Below, one piece after another: positions 10,844 through 20,757 of a stretch of DNA of 57,676 bases; position 1 is the first letter of the stretch, and each line of letters starts with the position of its first letter. Source of the stretch: Planctomycetota bacterium (GTDB lineage: Bacteria; Planctomycetota; JAFGQW01); the NCBI GenBank assembly GCA_016935485.1, contig JAFGQW010000141.1, positions 1 to 57,676 of the forward strand. Reading direction: 5' to 3'. The translations under genes and the position numbers were made by a program. The notes under the pieces are model-generated. The model was not told the DNA's origin. It saw nothing but the letters and a program-made list of their open reading frames with translations, and ran no database searches.

Positions 10844-11671
10844 TCAATCGCCCGCCGCCGCGGCCGGCTTGCGGCTCTCCAGCACGTTCGCGTATCCTCG
10901 CCGGAACCAGAGCAGCGCGTCAAGCGCGCTCACCAGTCGGAACAGCGGGTAAAGCGCCGTGTAGAGCCGATAGCTCGCGCTCACCCGGCCGAGCTCCTCT
11001 TGAGAGGCGGGAGCGATGGCATGCTCGCGGGGTCCCGGTCCGCCGTCCTTCCGGAGCACCTTGACGTAGACGAGGTTGATCGCCAGCTCGGCCAGCTCGG
11101 TGAAGAACCGCGAGTAGTTCGAGGTCCCGACCGGCTCCAGTCCGGCCGTGCGCGCGAGCGCTGCCAGCTCCTCGGCCTCGAATCCCCAGCGGGCGTGGCC
11201 GTAGACCTCGGGCGTCATGCCGAGCCGGCGCTTGAGGCGCGTGGCGAGCCGCTTCGGATCGCCGCCGGGAGCGGTCACGATCACCCGGCCTCCCGGGCGC
11301 ACGACGCGGGCCAGCTCGGCGGTGAACGGAGCAGGGTCGGCGAGATGTTCGTGGATGTCGATGGCCACCCCGACGTCGAACGCCCCGTCCTCGAACGGTA
11401 GGTGCGCGGGGTCGATCGTGTGCACCGTCTCGCCCAGCAGCTGCTCCATCGCCGCGCGCAGCCGCGGCTCGGCATCGGCCCAGGTCCAGCGCCCGCCGCC
11501 GGCCCGCAGGCGGTAGTTCATGGCGCCGTTGTTGTCGCCGCAGGTGACCAGCAGACAGGCCGAGCCGGACAGGTCGCCGAGATGGCGGCAGAGCTGCTCC
11601 ACCTTCTGGCGCTTCTTGAGCGATCTCCGGAACATCCGAAGCTGGTACGGCGTGGAATCCGGGCCGGTCAT
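10844..11671 (-). CDS. SAM-dependent methyltransferase-like protein
   Basis: CLLVTCGDNNGAMN, FDVGVAIDIHEHLADP and VRPGGRVIVTAP match the Methyltransf_11/23 pattern. ATG at 11671. The upstream part of the 415-aa ORF is non-coding-like. Confidence 0.7.
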   Translation of the reverse strand: MTGPDSTPYQLRMFRRSLKKRQKVEQLCRHLGDLSGSACLLVTCGDNNGAMNYRLRAGGGRWTWADAEPRLRAAMEQLLGETVHTIDPAHLPFEDGAFDVGVAIDIHEHLADPAPFTAELARVVRPGGRVIVTAPGGDPKRLATRLKRRLGMTPEVYGHARWGFEAEELAALARTAGLEPVGTSNYSRFFTELAELAINLVYVKVLRKDGGPGPREHAIAPASQEELGRVSASYRLYTALYPLFRLVSALDALLWFRRGYANVLESRKPAAAAGD

Positions 11672-11867
11672 GCGCGAACCTCGGGGGCGCTTCCCCCTGA
11701 CCTCCCGGCGCGGCACGGTGCCGGCAGCCCGATCCGTTCTCGACCCGCAGGAGCCTCGCCGGCCGGGGTATCTTCTCGATCGCCGGGCAGGTATTCTACC
11801 ATCCGCCTGGCCCGAAACCAGTCCGGAGTCTCCGACCGCCGGCGCGGGGCGGGCGGAATAGAGAACC

Positions 11868-12887
11868 ATGCTCGCAGCCCCCAACGGCCCGCCCGTCCGC
11901 CGCGGTCGGCTCGCCTTCGCGATCCGCCTGGTCGTGAGCGCGGGCCTGATCACGTACCTGCTCTGGCGCATTCCCCTCGAGCGGGTGCTCGCGACGGTCG
12001 CCGCGAGCGACGTCGCCCTGCTCGCCGTCGCCTTCGCGCTGCATGCCTCGGGCTTCCTGCTGAGCGCGCTGCGGTGGCGCCTGCTGCTCACTGCCGTGAT
12101 CCGGCCCCCGAAGTTGTGGTCGCTGATGCGCGCCTACCTGATCGGAGTCTTCTGCAACCAGTTCCTGCCCTCGACCATCGGCGGCGACCTCTACCGCAGC
12201 CTGGACGTGGCCGCGCTGAGCGGCCTGCCGCGCGGCCAGTCGCTCGCGGTCGTGGTGGTGGAGCGGACGATCGGGGCCTTAGCGCTGTTCAGCTATGCGG
12301 CTGCAGCGCTCGTCCTGGGATTCGGCCATCTCGTGGACAAGCCCGGCGTGGTGGCGAGCATCGGCGTGCTCGGGCTCCTGTTCGCGGGCCTTCTCGTCCT
12401 GCTCACCCCGTGGAGCCGGGCTGCAGTCCGGCGGCAGCTCGCCCGCGGACCGCTCGCACGCCTGCTCCCGGCGCTGGACCGGGCGTTCGGCGCGGCCAAG
12501 GACATCGGCCAGCGCAAGCGCGTCCTCGCGGGCGCCGTCGTCCTGTCGCTCGTCTTCCAGCTCAACGTCGTGATCCACTACATCCTGGTCGGCACAGCGC
12601 TCGGGCTGCCGCTCGGCCTGGAGGCCTACTTCCTCGTCATTCCGGTGGTGCTGCTGGTCCTGCAGGTTCCGGCCAGCCTGAACGGCGTCGGACTGCGCGA
12701 GTTCCTGTTCGTGGTCTTCCTCTCCCCGGCGGTGTGGGGAGCCGAGGGAGCGACCGAATCCGGGGCGCTCGCCTACGGCCTGACCGTGTGGGCGATGATC
12801 CTGCTGCAGGGCATGGTCGGGGGCGTGTTCTTCGCGCTGCGCCGCCGGATGGTGGGCGGCCTTGACAGCGGTGAGGGCGGCGGGTAG
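11868..12887 (+). CDS. flippase-like / lysylphosphatidylglycerol-synthase TM-region family (UPF0104) membrane protein
   Basis: Polytopic, with the characteristic FCNQFLPSTIGGDLYRSLD block. Divergent from the methyltransferase-epimerase-methyltransferase genes. Confidence 0.7.
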   Translation: MLAAPNGPPVRRGRLAFAIRLVVSAGLITYLLWRIPLERVLATVAASDVALLAVAFALHASGFLLSALRWRLLLTAVIRPPKLWSLMRAYLIGVFCNQFLPSTIGGDLYRSLDVAALSGLPRGQSLAVVVVERTIGALALFSYAAAALVLGFGHLVDKPGVVASIGVLGLLFAGLLVLLTPWSRAAVRRQLARGPLARLLPALDRAFGAAKDIGQRKRVLAGAVVLSLVFQLNVVIHYILVGTALGLPLGLEAYFLVIPVVLLVLQVPASLNGVGLREFLFVVFLSPAVWGAEGATESGALAYGLTVWAMILLQGMVGGVFFALRRRMVGGLDSGEGGG

Positions 12888-12950
12888 CTTCGACGCTTTG
12901 CCTGCGAAAGAGCGGCCGGACGAAGGCCTGCCCGTTGAGGATCCAGAGCC

Positions 12951-13661
12951 ATGAAGTGTCCAAAGTGTGAAGCCGAGGTGCACCTCGGCGACCGGTTCTG
13001 CAAGTCCTGCGGACTGGAGCTGAAGGACGAGACCGAGGCGCCGGCGGCGACCGGGGAGGCGACGCCGGCCGATCGGATGCGCGGGGCCGGCCCGGCTGGG
13101 GCCAACGCCGAGGCGCAAGGCCCGGCGCCGGAGAAGGATCTGTGGGAGGGGCGCTACAGCATCTTGAAGGGCGGGGGCGGGTGGATACTCAGCGCCGTCG
13201 TGCTGCTCGTGGTGGTGATCATCTACCTGCTGAACCTCCTCGGGCTCCAGGAGAACTGGTTCCTGATCGCGGGCGTGTGCGCGGCGGGGCTGCTCTTCCT
13301 GTGGTCCTTCTTCCGCCACCTCCAGGCGCATCTGACCCGCAAGTACAAGGTCACGAGCCAGCGCGTCTTCTACATCCAGGGCTTCTTGAGCCGCACGACC
13401 GACGAGATCGAGATCATCCGCGTGGACGACGTGCAGTACCGCCAGACGCTGGTGGACCGGATCTTCAGCCTCGGCACGGTCGTCGTGATCGCGCCGACGG
13501 ACCGCACGCACGGCGACCAGCGCGGCCCCGACGGGAAGATCGCGCAGGTCGGCACGCTCGAGCTCCACGGCGTGAAGAACCCCGAGCAGGTCAAGGAGCT
13601 CATCCGCAGCTACTGCCGCCTGCGGCGCGACAAGGGCGCGCTCTTCGTCGAGCAGGTTTGA
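12951..13661 (+). CDS. zinc-ribbon plus bacterial PH (bPH_2/YdbT-like) domain membrane protein
   Basis: MKCPKCEAEVHLGDRFCKSCG (zinc ribbon), two TM segments, then KYKVTSQRVFYIQGFLSRTTDEIEIIRVDDVQYRQTLVDRIFSLGTVVV (bPH_2 pattern). Confidence 0.75.
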   Translation: MKCPKCEAEVHLGDRFCKSCGLELKDETEAPAATGEATPADRMRGAGPAGANAEAQGPAPEKDLWEGRYSILKGGGGWILSAVVLLVVVIIYLLNLLGLQENWFLIAGVCAAGLLFLWSFFRHLQAHLTRKYKVTSQRVFYIQGFLSRTTDEIEIIRVDDVQYRQTLVDRIFSLGTVVVIAPTDRTHGDQRGPDGKIAQVGTLELHGVKNPEQVKELIRSYCRLRRDKGALFVEQV

Positions 13662-15887
13662 ATGGCACCGCGCGGCGGCCTGCTTCTGGCGGCGATCCTC
13701 GCGATCGTGAGCGCACTGGCGGCCGCGCAGCCGGAGGCGGGAACGGAGGATCCGGCGCGGCAGATCGAGCGGCTGGCCGACCCCGATCCCGCGGTCTGGC
13801 AAGCCGCCGCCCGCGCGCTGGCGCGCGCCGGGCTGGAGGCGGAGTCGGCGCTTCTCGGAGCGCTCGGCGCGGAGCGGCCGCTCGCGGTGCGGGCGCGGGC
13901 GGCGCGGATCCTCGGAGACCGCGGCGCACGCGCGGCGGCGCCGCAATTCCTGGCGTGGCTGGCCGACCCCGGAACCGACCCTACGCTCAGGCGAGAAGCG
14001 GCCCGGGCCGCCGGCCGCCTGCGCCTGGGAGAAGCGCGGGATCCTCTCGTGGGCCTGCTCGCCGACGACCCGGAGATCGCGGCCGAGGCGCTCGCCGAGC
14101 TGGGCGACGACGTCGTGGTGCCGGATCTGCTGGCGCGTCTGCTCGAGCCCCTGGATGGCCGCGGGCAAGTGGCCGTGGGCGTCGCGCTCTGCCGGCTGGG
14201 CGCGCGTGCCGGCGTCGATCTGCTGCTCAGCGCCGCGTTCCGGCCCGAGGGCGACGAGGTGCTTGCGGCGATCGACGGGCTTCGCCGCTGCCTCGCGCCT
14301 GCGCTGGAGGTGCCGGAGCGGGTCGTTCCGGACCGCAGCGCAGTCTACGCGCTGCAGCTCCGCTGGAACCGCGAGTGCGCCTCGATGCCGCTTCCGGTCG
14401 GGCCGAGCGAGCCGTCGGCCGCGCTCTGCGCGCGCCTGGATCGCCTGGCGAGCGAGGTGGGAAGCGCGTCCTCGCCCGCCGCGCGCCGCCGCCGGCACGT
14501 GGTGCTCGTGGGCGCCCGCGCCCCGGCTGCGCGCGCCCTGGTGCGTCTTCACGCCCGCGATCTCGCGCCGCCGGCGCGTGAGGAAGCGTGCCGCATTCTC
14601 GTCGACCTCGGCCCCTACGCCGTGGCGCCGCTGCTCGAAGCACTGCATTCCGAGCGGCCGGGGATCGTGCGCGGGGCGCTCCACGCCCTGGGGCGGCTGG
14701 CGGTGCAGGGGCGGAGGTTTCCGGCGCTCGAGGCGCTGCTCGCCGGGGCGGAGGGCGACGTGCTAGCGCTGCTCGAATCCGGCTGCGCCGCGGATCCCGC
14801 CACGCGGCGGGAGCTCGTGGATGCGCTCGGCTGGATCGGCGGGGAGGCCGCCGGGTGCGCGCTCGCCCCGATCGCGGCAAACCGCCAGGGGGAGCCGCCG
14901 GAAGTCCGCCTCCAGGCGGTGCGGTCTCTCGGACTCGCGGGGGCCGTCGCGGCGCGGGAGCGGCTCGAGAGGATCGCCGAGGACGCCGGCGAGTCGGACG
15001 CGATGCGGATCGAGGCGGCGTTCGCCGGGGCGCTCGTGGGCAACCCCCGGGCCATCGGTATCCTGATCGACCTCCTGGCGGAGGGCAAGCCGGCAGTCGA
15101 GGCCCTGCGGCGGCTGTCGGGATGGACCTACTTCGGTCACGAGCTCGACCCCGCGGCGGCGGTGGTGCGCTGGCAGCGCTGGTGGGAGCGCTACGCCGCC
15201 GTGATCCGCGTCAAGCCCGACCAGGTAAAGAGGGAGCTGCTCTGGGAGCGCGAGAACGAGGTGTACCGGCGGGAGCTGGAGGAGGAGTGGCTGGGCGGGC
15301 TGGCCGGCGGGAAGCGCTGGATCGACCGGGTCGACCAGGAGGCGCGCTGTCTCCCGGTCGCGATCCGCATGCTGCCGACGCTCCGACGCGCGGTGCGCGA
15401 ATCGCCCGACCGGTGGATCCGGTTCCACGCGGTGCAGATGATGGCGATCCTGGGGGAGCGCGCGGCGGTGCCGGCGCTCGTCGGCGCACTCCAGGACCCA
15501 GAGGCGATGGTGCGCTCCACCGCCGCCGAGGGGCTGGGGCTGATCGGACGCGATTTCGCCTACGAGGACTACTCCGCAGCGCTCAGGACGGCGCTCGTGC
15601 CGCGGCTTGCGGATCCGGACCCCTACACGCGCCTCCAGGCTGCGCTGGCGCTCGCTCGGCTGCGGTACGCCGACGGCATCCCGGCGCTCATCGACGCGCT
15701 CGAACACCCCAGCCCCGCCGTGGTCGACTTCGCCTGGACCACGCTCCGGCGAGTCATGGGCGGGCGCGACTTCGGTTTCCGGCCGGCGGGAGCGCTGGCC
15801 GAGCGGCGCCGGGCCGTGAGCGCGCTGCGGGCGTGGTGGGCCGAGGCCGGCAAGGACTTCCGGCCGGAGCTCCCGGCGGCACGCTGA
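13662..15887 (+). CDS. secreted HEAT-repeat protein
   Basis: The ATG directly follows the upstream stop (TGAATG). Signal-like LLLAAILAIVSALAAAQP. Multiple PBS-type HEAT units (e.g. AVPALVGALQDPEAMVRSTAAEGLGLIG; LADPDPYTRLQAALALARL). Confidence 0.75.
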   Translation: MAPRGGLLLAAILAIVSALAAAQPEAGTEDPARQIERLADPDPAVWQAAARALARAGLEAESALLGALGAERPLAVRARAARILGDRGARAAAPQFLAWLADPGTDPTLRREAARAAGRLRLGEARDPLVGLLADDPEIAAEALAELGDDVVVPDLLARLLEPLDGRGQVAVGVALCRLGARAGVDLLLSAAFRPEGDEVLAAIDGLRRCLAPALEVPERVVPDRSAVYALQLRWNRECASMPLPVGPSEPSAALCARLDRLASEVGSASSPAARRRRHVVLVGARAPAARALVRLHARDLAPPAREEACRILVDLGPYAVAPLLEALHSERPGIVRGALHALGRLAVQGRRFPALEALLAGAEGDVLALLESGCAADPATRRELVDALGWIGGEAAGCALAPIAANRQGEPPEVRLQAVRSLGLAGAVAARERLERIAEDAGESDAMRIEAAFAGALVGNPRAIGILIDLLAEGKPAVEALRRLSGWTYFGHELDPAAAVVRWQRWWERYAAVIRVKPDQVKRELLWERENEVYRRELEEEWLGGLAGGKRWIDRVDQEARCLPVAIRMLPTLRRAVRESPDRWIRFHAVQMMAILGERAAVPALVGALQDPEAMVRSTAAEGLGLIGRDFAYEDYSAALRTALVPRLADPDPYTRLQAALALARLRYADGIPALIDALEHPSPAVVDFAWTTLRRVMGGRDFGFRPAGALAERRRAVSALRAWWAEAGKDFRPELPAAR

Positions 15888-15907
15888 GGGCCCGCCGCCG
15901 CCGACCC

Positions 15908-17326
15908 TCAGAGGCGCGTCGTGATCCGCATTCTCTCGGGATCCCAGTCGACCACGCGCTTCTCGAAGTAGCTCTGGTTTCCGGCGAGCGTCGGGCCGGC
16001 CGCCCGGAGCCCGAAGGTCGCATCCTCGACCGAGGGCGTCCCGTCGCGGAGCGAGGCGAAGAAGTTGCGCAAGTGCAGGTGGCGGTCGCCGGGGTAGTTC
16101 TTCGGCGTGCGGTACTCGATGCTCGCCGGCCCCTCCATCTCGTAGTGCGCTGGGTGCGCCGCGTCGTACCACTGCTCGAAGGCCTTGCGGCCCTCCTCGG
16201 AGAAGGAGTCGATGGCTTTGCCGGGCGCCTTGGGCCACGGTCTGCGCGTCACCTTGACGGTGTCCCACCCGACGCGGATCTCGCCCTCGTCGCCGACCAG
16301 CCGGAACAGGTACTGGCCGCCCGAGCCGTCGACGAAGTTGGCGCGCAGCACGAGGTTGAAGGGAGGGTGATGCTTCGTTTCGGGATAGTCGAAGAGCCCG
16401 ATCTGGATGTCGGGCACCTCGCGGCCGTCCTTGAAGTAGCGCAGCCCGCCGCTCGAGGCCACCGCGGTCGGCCCGTGCGCCCCCGTGATGTAGTGCAGCT
16501 CGGACAGGAGGTGCACGAAGAGATCGCCCGCGACGCCGGTGCCGTAGTCGAGGTAGTTGCGCCAGCGGAAGAAGCGCTTGGCGTCGAAGGGTCGCCGGGT
16601 CGTGTTGGCGGTGTAGCGCTGCCAGTCGATCGTCTCCTCCGAGGCATCGAGCGGGATGGAGTACTGCCAGGCCCCCAGGGGCGAGTGCCGATCGAACATC
16701 GCCTCGACGAAGTTGAGCGCGCCGATCTCGCCGGCCTCGAAGAGCGCCCTGGCCTTGGTGGGAACGAGCCCGCTGACGTACTGGCTGCCGACCTGGAAGA
16801 GGCGCCCGGTCTCCTGCTCCGCCCGGAGCAGCCGGTGTCCTTCCTCCACCGTTCTGACCATCGGCTTCTCGCAGTAGACGGCCTTGCCGGCGCGCAGCGC
16901 AGCGACCGACACCGCCTCGTGCCAGTGATCGGAGGTGGCGCAGAGGATGGCATCGACGTCCTCGCGCGCGAGGATCTCGTGGTAGTCGCGCGTCGTGAAG
17001 AGGTCCTGGCCCCACTTCTCGCGGGCCCGGGCGAGCCGCCCGTCGTAGAGATCGCAGGCGGCGACGATCTCGACGCCGCCCACCTTGAGCGCCGTGTCGA
17101 CGTCCCCCATGCCCATGCCGCCCGTGCCGATGCACGCGATCCGGATGCGGTCGTTCGGCGCGACCCGACGCGCGGGCTCGGCGGCGAGCTCGAGGATGCG
17201 GACGTTTCGCCGCGGCCGCGCGGCGCCGAGCAGGAACGGCGCGCCCGCCGCCGCCGCGGCGGCCGCGCCCAGCTTCTTCAGGAAGGACCGTCGCGATTTC
17301 TTCAGGGGTGCATTCTTCATGGCCAT
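15908..17326 (-). CDS. TAT-exported Gfo/Idh/MocA family oxidoreductase
   Basis: Twin-arginine signal KKSRRSFLKKLGAAAAAAAGA. Rossmann IRIACIGTGGMGMGD. DAILCATSDHWH and VYCEKP motifs. ATG at 17326. Confidence 0.85.
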   Translation of the reverse strand: MAMKNAPLKKSRRSFLKKLGAAAAAAAGAPFLLGAARPRRNVRILELAAEPARRVAPNDRIRIACIGTGGMGMGDVDTALKVGGVEIVAACDLYDGRLARAREKWGQDLFTTRDYHEILAREDVDAILCATSDHWHEAVSVAALRAGKAVYCEKPMVRTVEEGHRLLRAEQETGRLFQVGSQYVSGLVPTKARALFEAGEIGALNFVEAMFDRHSPLGAWQYSIPLDASEETIDWQRYTANTTRRPFDAKRFFRWRNYLDYGTGVAGDLFVHLLSELHYITGAHGPTAVASSGGLRYFKDGREVPDIQIGLFDYPETKHHPPFNLVLRANFVDGSGGQYLFRLVGDEGEIRVGWDTVKVTRRPWPKAPGKAIDSFSEEGRKAFEQWYDAAHPAHYEMEGPASIEYRTPKNYPGDRHLHLRNFFASLRDGTPSVEDATFGLRAAGPTLAGNQSYFEKRVVDWDPERMRITTRL

Positions 17327-17540
17327 CGCCTCGTCCGTCTCTCGGACCCATCGGGGTCGACAGGTGCCCGGGCCGCGCGCCTGCGCCGGCGCGGCCGACC
17401 CGGCTTTTCTTCTCACCAGTAGACCGCTCCCACCGGTATCGGTCAACCGGGGGACGCCGCCGTAGACCCCGAGGCGAGGTGCGACCCGTGGCCCGGACCC
17501 GGAGGCCCACGGGCTCTTCCGGACCTCCGGGGGGGCGTCC

Positions 17541-17546
17541 TACAAT
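17541..17546 (+). promoter_or_regulatory. candidate -10 box TACAAT placed 6 nt before the ATG at 17553
   Basis: cctacaatgaggccATG. The spacing would put a transcription start at or next to the start codon (leaderless or very short leader). Confidence 0.3.
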
Positions 17547-17552
17547 GAGGCC

Positions 17553-19184
17553 ATGAGTCCCTGCCCTCGCCGCCGGTGGCTCCCCGCACTGGCAAGGCAA
17601 CTTCCCGTGGTCGCGCTGCTGGCGGTCCTGTGCGGGCTCAACGTCCTGAGCGCCCGGCACAAGACCGTCACGTACGACGAGCCCAAGCACTTCCGCTACG
17701 GCCTGCAGATCCTGCGCGGCGACGCCGCCCGCTTCGATGACAGCAAGATGCCGTTCTCGGCCCTGAACGTGCTTCCCTGCCACATCTCGACCGCGCTCGA
17801 GCCGGGCGCCTGGAAGGACTGGCTCGGCGACCCCCGGAACGGCCGGCTGGTCACCATGTTCTTCTCGGTGCTGCTCGGCGTGCTCGTCTGCGGGTGGGCG
17901 CGCGCACTGTACGGCCATCGTGCCGGCCTCTTCGCCCTCTTCCTGTACGTCTTCTCGCCGAATCTGCTCGCGCATTCCCGCTGGATCACCACGGATCTCT
18001 ACGCAGCGTTCACGATCACCCTGGCCTTGTTCTCGTTCTGGCGGTTCCTCGACCGCGGAGGCGCGCGCCGGGCCGTCCTCGCCGGCGCCGCCCTGGGCCT
18101 GGCCCAGCTCTCGAAGCACACCGCGATCCTCCTCTACCCACTGCTGCTTCTCATCGCGGTCGTGCGGTACGCGCCGCACGTAACCGGAGCGCTGAAGCAA
18201 CGCCAGGTCCGGGCGCTGGCCCGCATGGGCGCCGGTTGCCTCAAGTGGGGCGCTCTCATCCTTCTGGTGAGCCTGGTGGTGATCAACGCGGGCTACCTCT
18301 TCCACGGAACCGGCGCGCCGCTCGACGCCTACACGTTCCGGAGCGATCTGTTCCGGGAGCTCCAGTCCCGTGTCGGTTTCCTGGGCGGCATTGCGCTGCC
18401 GGTTCCCCGGCCGTTCCTCGAGGGACTGGACTGGACCCGGGACAACGACGTCACCGGGAAGGGACGCGGTCCGAGCTACCTTCTCGGCGAGACCCGGAGG
18501 GGCCGGTTCGACGGGTACTATCTGGTCGTCCTGCTCTACAAGATCCCCATCCCCGTTTCGCTGCTCGTCGGGCTCGCGCTCGTGAGGTACGTGCGGCGAC
18601 GCCGGACGTTTCGTTTCTCCCGCGACGAGGTCTGCCTGATCCTGCCGGCCGCCTTCTTCGTGACCTACTTGAACTTCTTCAGCAGCGCGCAGCTCGGCAT
18701 CCGTCACCTGCTGATGGTCCTTCCCCTGCTGCACGTCCTGTGCGGCAGCCTGCTCCGGGACGGCACGGCCGTGGGGCGTCGGCTCCGGTGGGCGATCGGC
18801 ATGCTAGCGTGCTACCTGGTCGTGTCGGTGATGTCGTACTATCCCCATTTCCTGTCCTACTTCAACGAGCTCGTCCTGGACCGCAAGATGGCCTACCGGG
18901 TGCTTGCCGACTCGAACCTCGACTGGGGGCAGAACGAGAAGTACGCCTTCGAGTACGTCCGCCGCCATCCCGGCACGCACCTCAATCCGAAGATCCCGTT
19001 TCCGGGGCGCGCTCTCATCTCGGCGAACATCCTCCTCGGCATCGAGAAGCCCGCGGAGTATCCCCACAACTGGTGGCTTCGCCAGAACCTTCAACCCGTC
19101 GCTCACGTCGCGTACTCCTACCTCGTGGTCGTGATCCCGCCGGAGGCCGTGCACGAGATCCTGAAAGCCCGGTCGGGCCAGTGA
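17553..19184 (+). CDS. GT-C fold glycosyltransferase, GT39/PMT_2 (ArnT-like) family
   Basis: After TM1 comes a loop, TYDEPKHFRYG, resembling the PMT DE-HF motif. LGLAQLSKHTAILLYPLL matches the ArnT-like K-x-T-A block. About 10 or more TM segments. Confidence 0.75.
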   Translation: MSPCPRRRWLPALARQLPVVALLAVLCGLNVLSARHKTVTYDEPKHFRYGLQILRGDAARFDDSKMPFSALNVLPCHISTALEPGAWKDWLGDPRNGRLVTMFFSVLLGVLVCGWARALYGHRAGLFALFLYVFSPNLLAHSRWITTDLYAAFTITLALFSFWRFLDRGGARRAVLAGAALGLAQLSKHTAILLYPLLLLIAVVRYAPHVTGALKQRQVRALARMGAGCLKWGALILLVSLVVINAGYLFHGTGAPLDAYTFRSDLFRELQSRVGFLGGIALPVPRPFLEGLDWTRDNDVTGKGRGPSYLLGETRRGRFDGYYLVVLLYKIPIPVSLLVGLALVRYVRRRRTFRFSRDEVCLILPAAFFVTYLNFFSSAQLGIRHLLMVLPLLHVLCGSLLRDGTAVGRRLRWAIGMLACYLVVSVMSYYPHFLSYFNELVLDRKMAYRVLADSNLDWGQNEKYAFEYVRRHPGTHLNPKIPFPGRALISANILLGIEKPAEYPHNWWLRQNLQPVAHVAYSYLVVVIPPEAVHEILKARSGQ

Positions 19185-19245
19185 CCGTCCGGCCCCGCCC
19201 GCCAGCCACTTGCGGAAGTCGCCGAAACGCCCGATAGTGTCGACG

Positions 19246-20757
19246 ATGTTGCCTGCGCGCCTGAGAATCGCCCTGACGTCGGCTCTGTATCTCGCCGCCC
19301 TGGCTTGCCTCCGGAGCCGCATTCCCGACGGACTCTGCAACGACACCGCCGAGGAGGCGCTGCGCGGCGTTCATCTGATCGAGGAGAAGCGGTTCGAGGT
19401 CATCACCGGGGTGATCGGGAATTCGGCGGAGACGTTGTACCTGTACCTGCTGGGCGGGGTCGTGAAGCTGCTGGGCAGCTCCACCCTGGCGATCCAGGTG
19501 ACGAGCTGGGGTTTCGCTCTCGCCACCGTCTGGCTCCTGGTGGGACTCCTGCGGCGCCTCGATCCGCGCCTGCCTTCCTGGCTGCCGTTTCTCGGGGCCG
19601 CCTCCTCGATCTGGCTATTCCACTACGCGCGCTCCGGGCTCCGGGCGATTTCCGCCCCCGTGTTTGCGCTCGGCTTCTGCTTGCTGCTTCACGTGGTGGA
19701 GAAGAACAGGAAGTCGTGGAGCTGGGCCGTGATCTGCGGTGGGGTCCTCGGGCTCGGCGTCTACGCCTACACGGCCTGTCGCGTGTTGCCCATCGCCTTT
19801 CTGGCGTACTGCGCGGTCCGCCTGGCCTTTACCCGGGAGTCGAGGTCGTTCCTCCTGCGGAGCTACGGACTCATACTTCTCGGTGCGCTCGTGGCCTCCA
19901 TCCCCAACTGCCTGTTCCTGCTCCATGGACCGGAGGAGTTCGTGAGCCGAGGGGACTACGTCCTCCGCGGCGCGTGGGCAGACCGGCTGGTGAATCTGCT
20001 GTGGTGCTTTCTGCTTCCATTCCACTACCCGGACATGTACCGGGATCTCCAAGGGCCGGGCTACTTCTTCGATGGTGTTGCCGCCTCGTTGACATGCGTG
20101 GGGGTCAGTCCGATTCACCCCCTGATCGCGTGCGCCTTCCTCCTCGGGTTCGTTCCGGCCTGGCGACTCCGGCGTGAACCCGGAATGCTGTTCCTGTTCC
20201 TGACCGCGCTCACGGGCACCCTCGTGCTGGGGATCGCGGGGCCGAGCCTGACCCGCCTGCTCATCGTCTTGCCGTTCTATCTGGCGGTGGCCGTGCTCGG
20301 CTTCGGCGCGATCCTGCACCGCTTGCCACGATTCGGTCCCGTGGTCCCGGTGGCGTTGACGCTGGTCGTCCTGACCCATGGATGGGCTTACTTCGTCCAG
20401 CTGCCGAAGTCCGAGGTCTCGTCCGGTTACCTCGCCCCACGGGCCACGGCGATCGGGGAGCGCGCGCAGCAACTCGCCATCCAGGGCAAGCGGGTGCTCT
20501 GCGTGGTGTCCAGGGACGCAAACGTCGTCCGATACCTGACGCATGACGTCCGGGCATCCGTGGCCGTGATCGAGTTCTTCGCCCGGCCGGTTTCGCTCCA
20601 GGAGATTCCGATCCAGACGTTCCGACCGCAGGTGGGCCTGATCGAGAGAAACCCGCATTTCGACCCGGTTGCGGCCGCGCTGCGCCGCGCTCTTGGCGGC
20701 CGGGCGCACGACCGGTTCGAGGAGGTCCTGTGTTCGAGGATGTACTCGGAACCGTGA
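19246..20757 (+). CDS. polytopic membrane protein, probable GT-C/ArnT-like glycosyltransferase
   Basis: Same architecture as its neighbours: TM1, an acidic loop NDTAEEALRG, then many TM segments. The start is uncertain (TTG at 19210 or ATG at 19246). Confidence 0.55.
   Translation: MLPARLRIALTSALYLAALACLRSRIPDGLCNDTAEEALRGVHLIEEKRFEVITGVIGNSAETLYLYLLGGVVKLLGSSTLAIQVTSWGFALATVWLLVGLLRRLDPRLPSWLPFLGAASSIWLFHYARSGLRAISAPVFALGFCLLLHVVEKNRKSWSWAVICGGVLGLGVYAYTACRVLPIAFLAYCAVRLAFTRESRSFLLRSYGLILLGALVASIPNCLFLLHGPEEFVSRGDYVLRGAWADRLVNLLWCFLLPFHYPDMYRDLQGPGYFFDGVAASLTCVGVSPIHPLIACAFLLGFVPAWRLRREPGMLFLFLTALTGTLVLGIAGPSLTRLLIVLPFYLAVAVLGFGAILHRLPRFGPVVPVALTLVVLTHGWAYFVQLPKSEVSSGYLAPRATAIGERAQQLAIQGKRVLCVVSRDANVVRYLTHDVRASVAVIEFFARPVSLQEIPIQTFRPQVGLIERNPHFDPVAAALRRALGGRAHDRFEEVLCSRMYSEP

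Noticed and set aside
14763-18734. 1323-aa ORF on the minus strand
   Set aside because: It runs antisense or out of frame across the HEAT gene, the Gfo/Idh/MocA gene (a different frame on the same strand) and the GT39 gene. It has no domain-like sequence and an extreme Arg/Pro/Gly composition.
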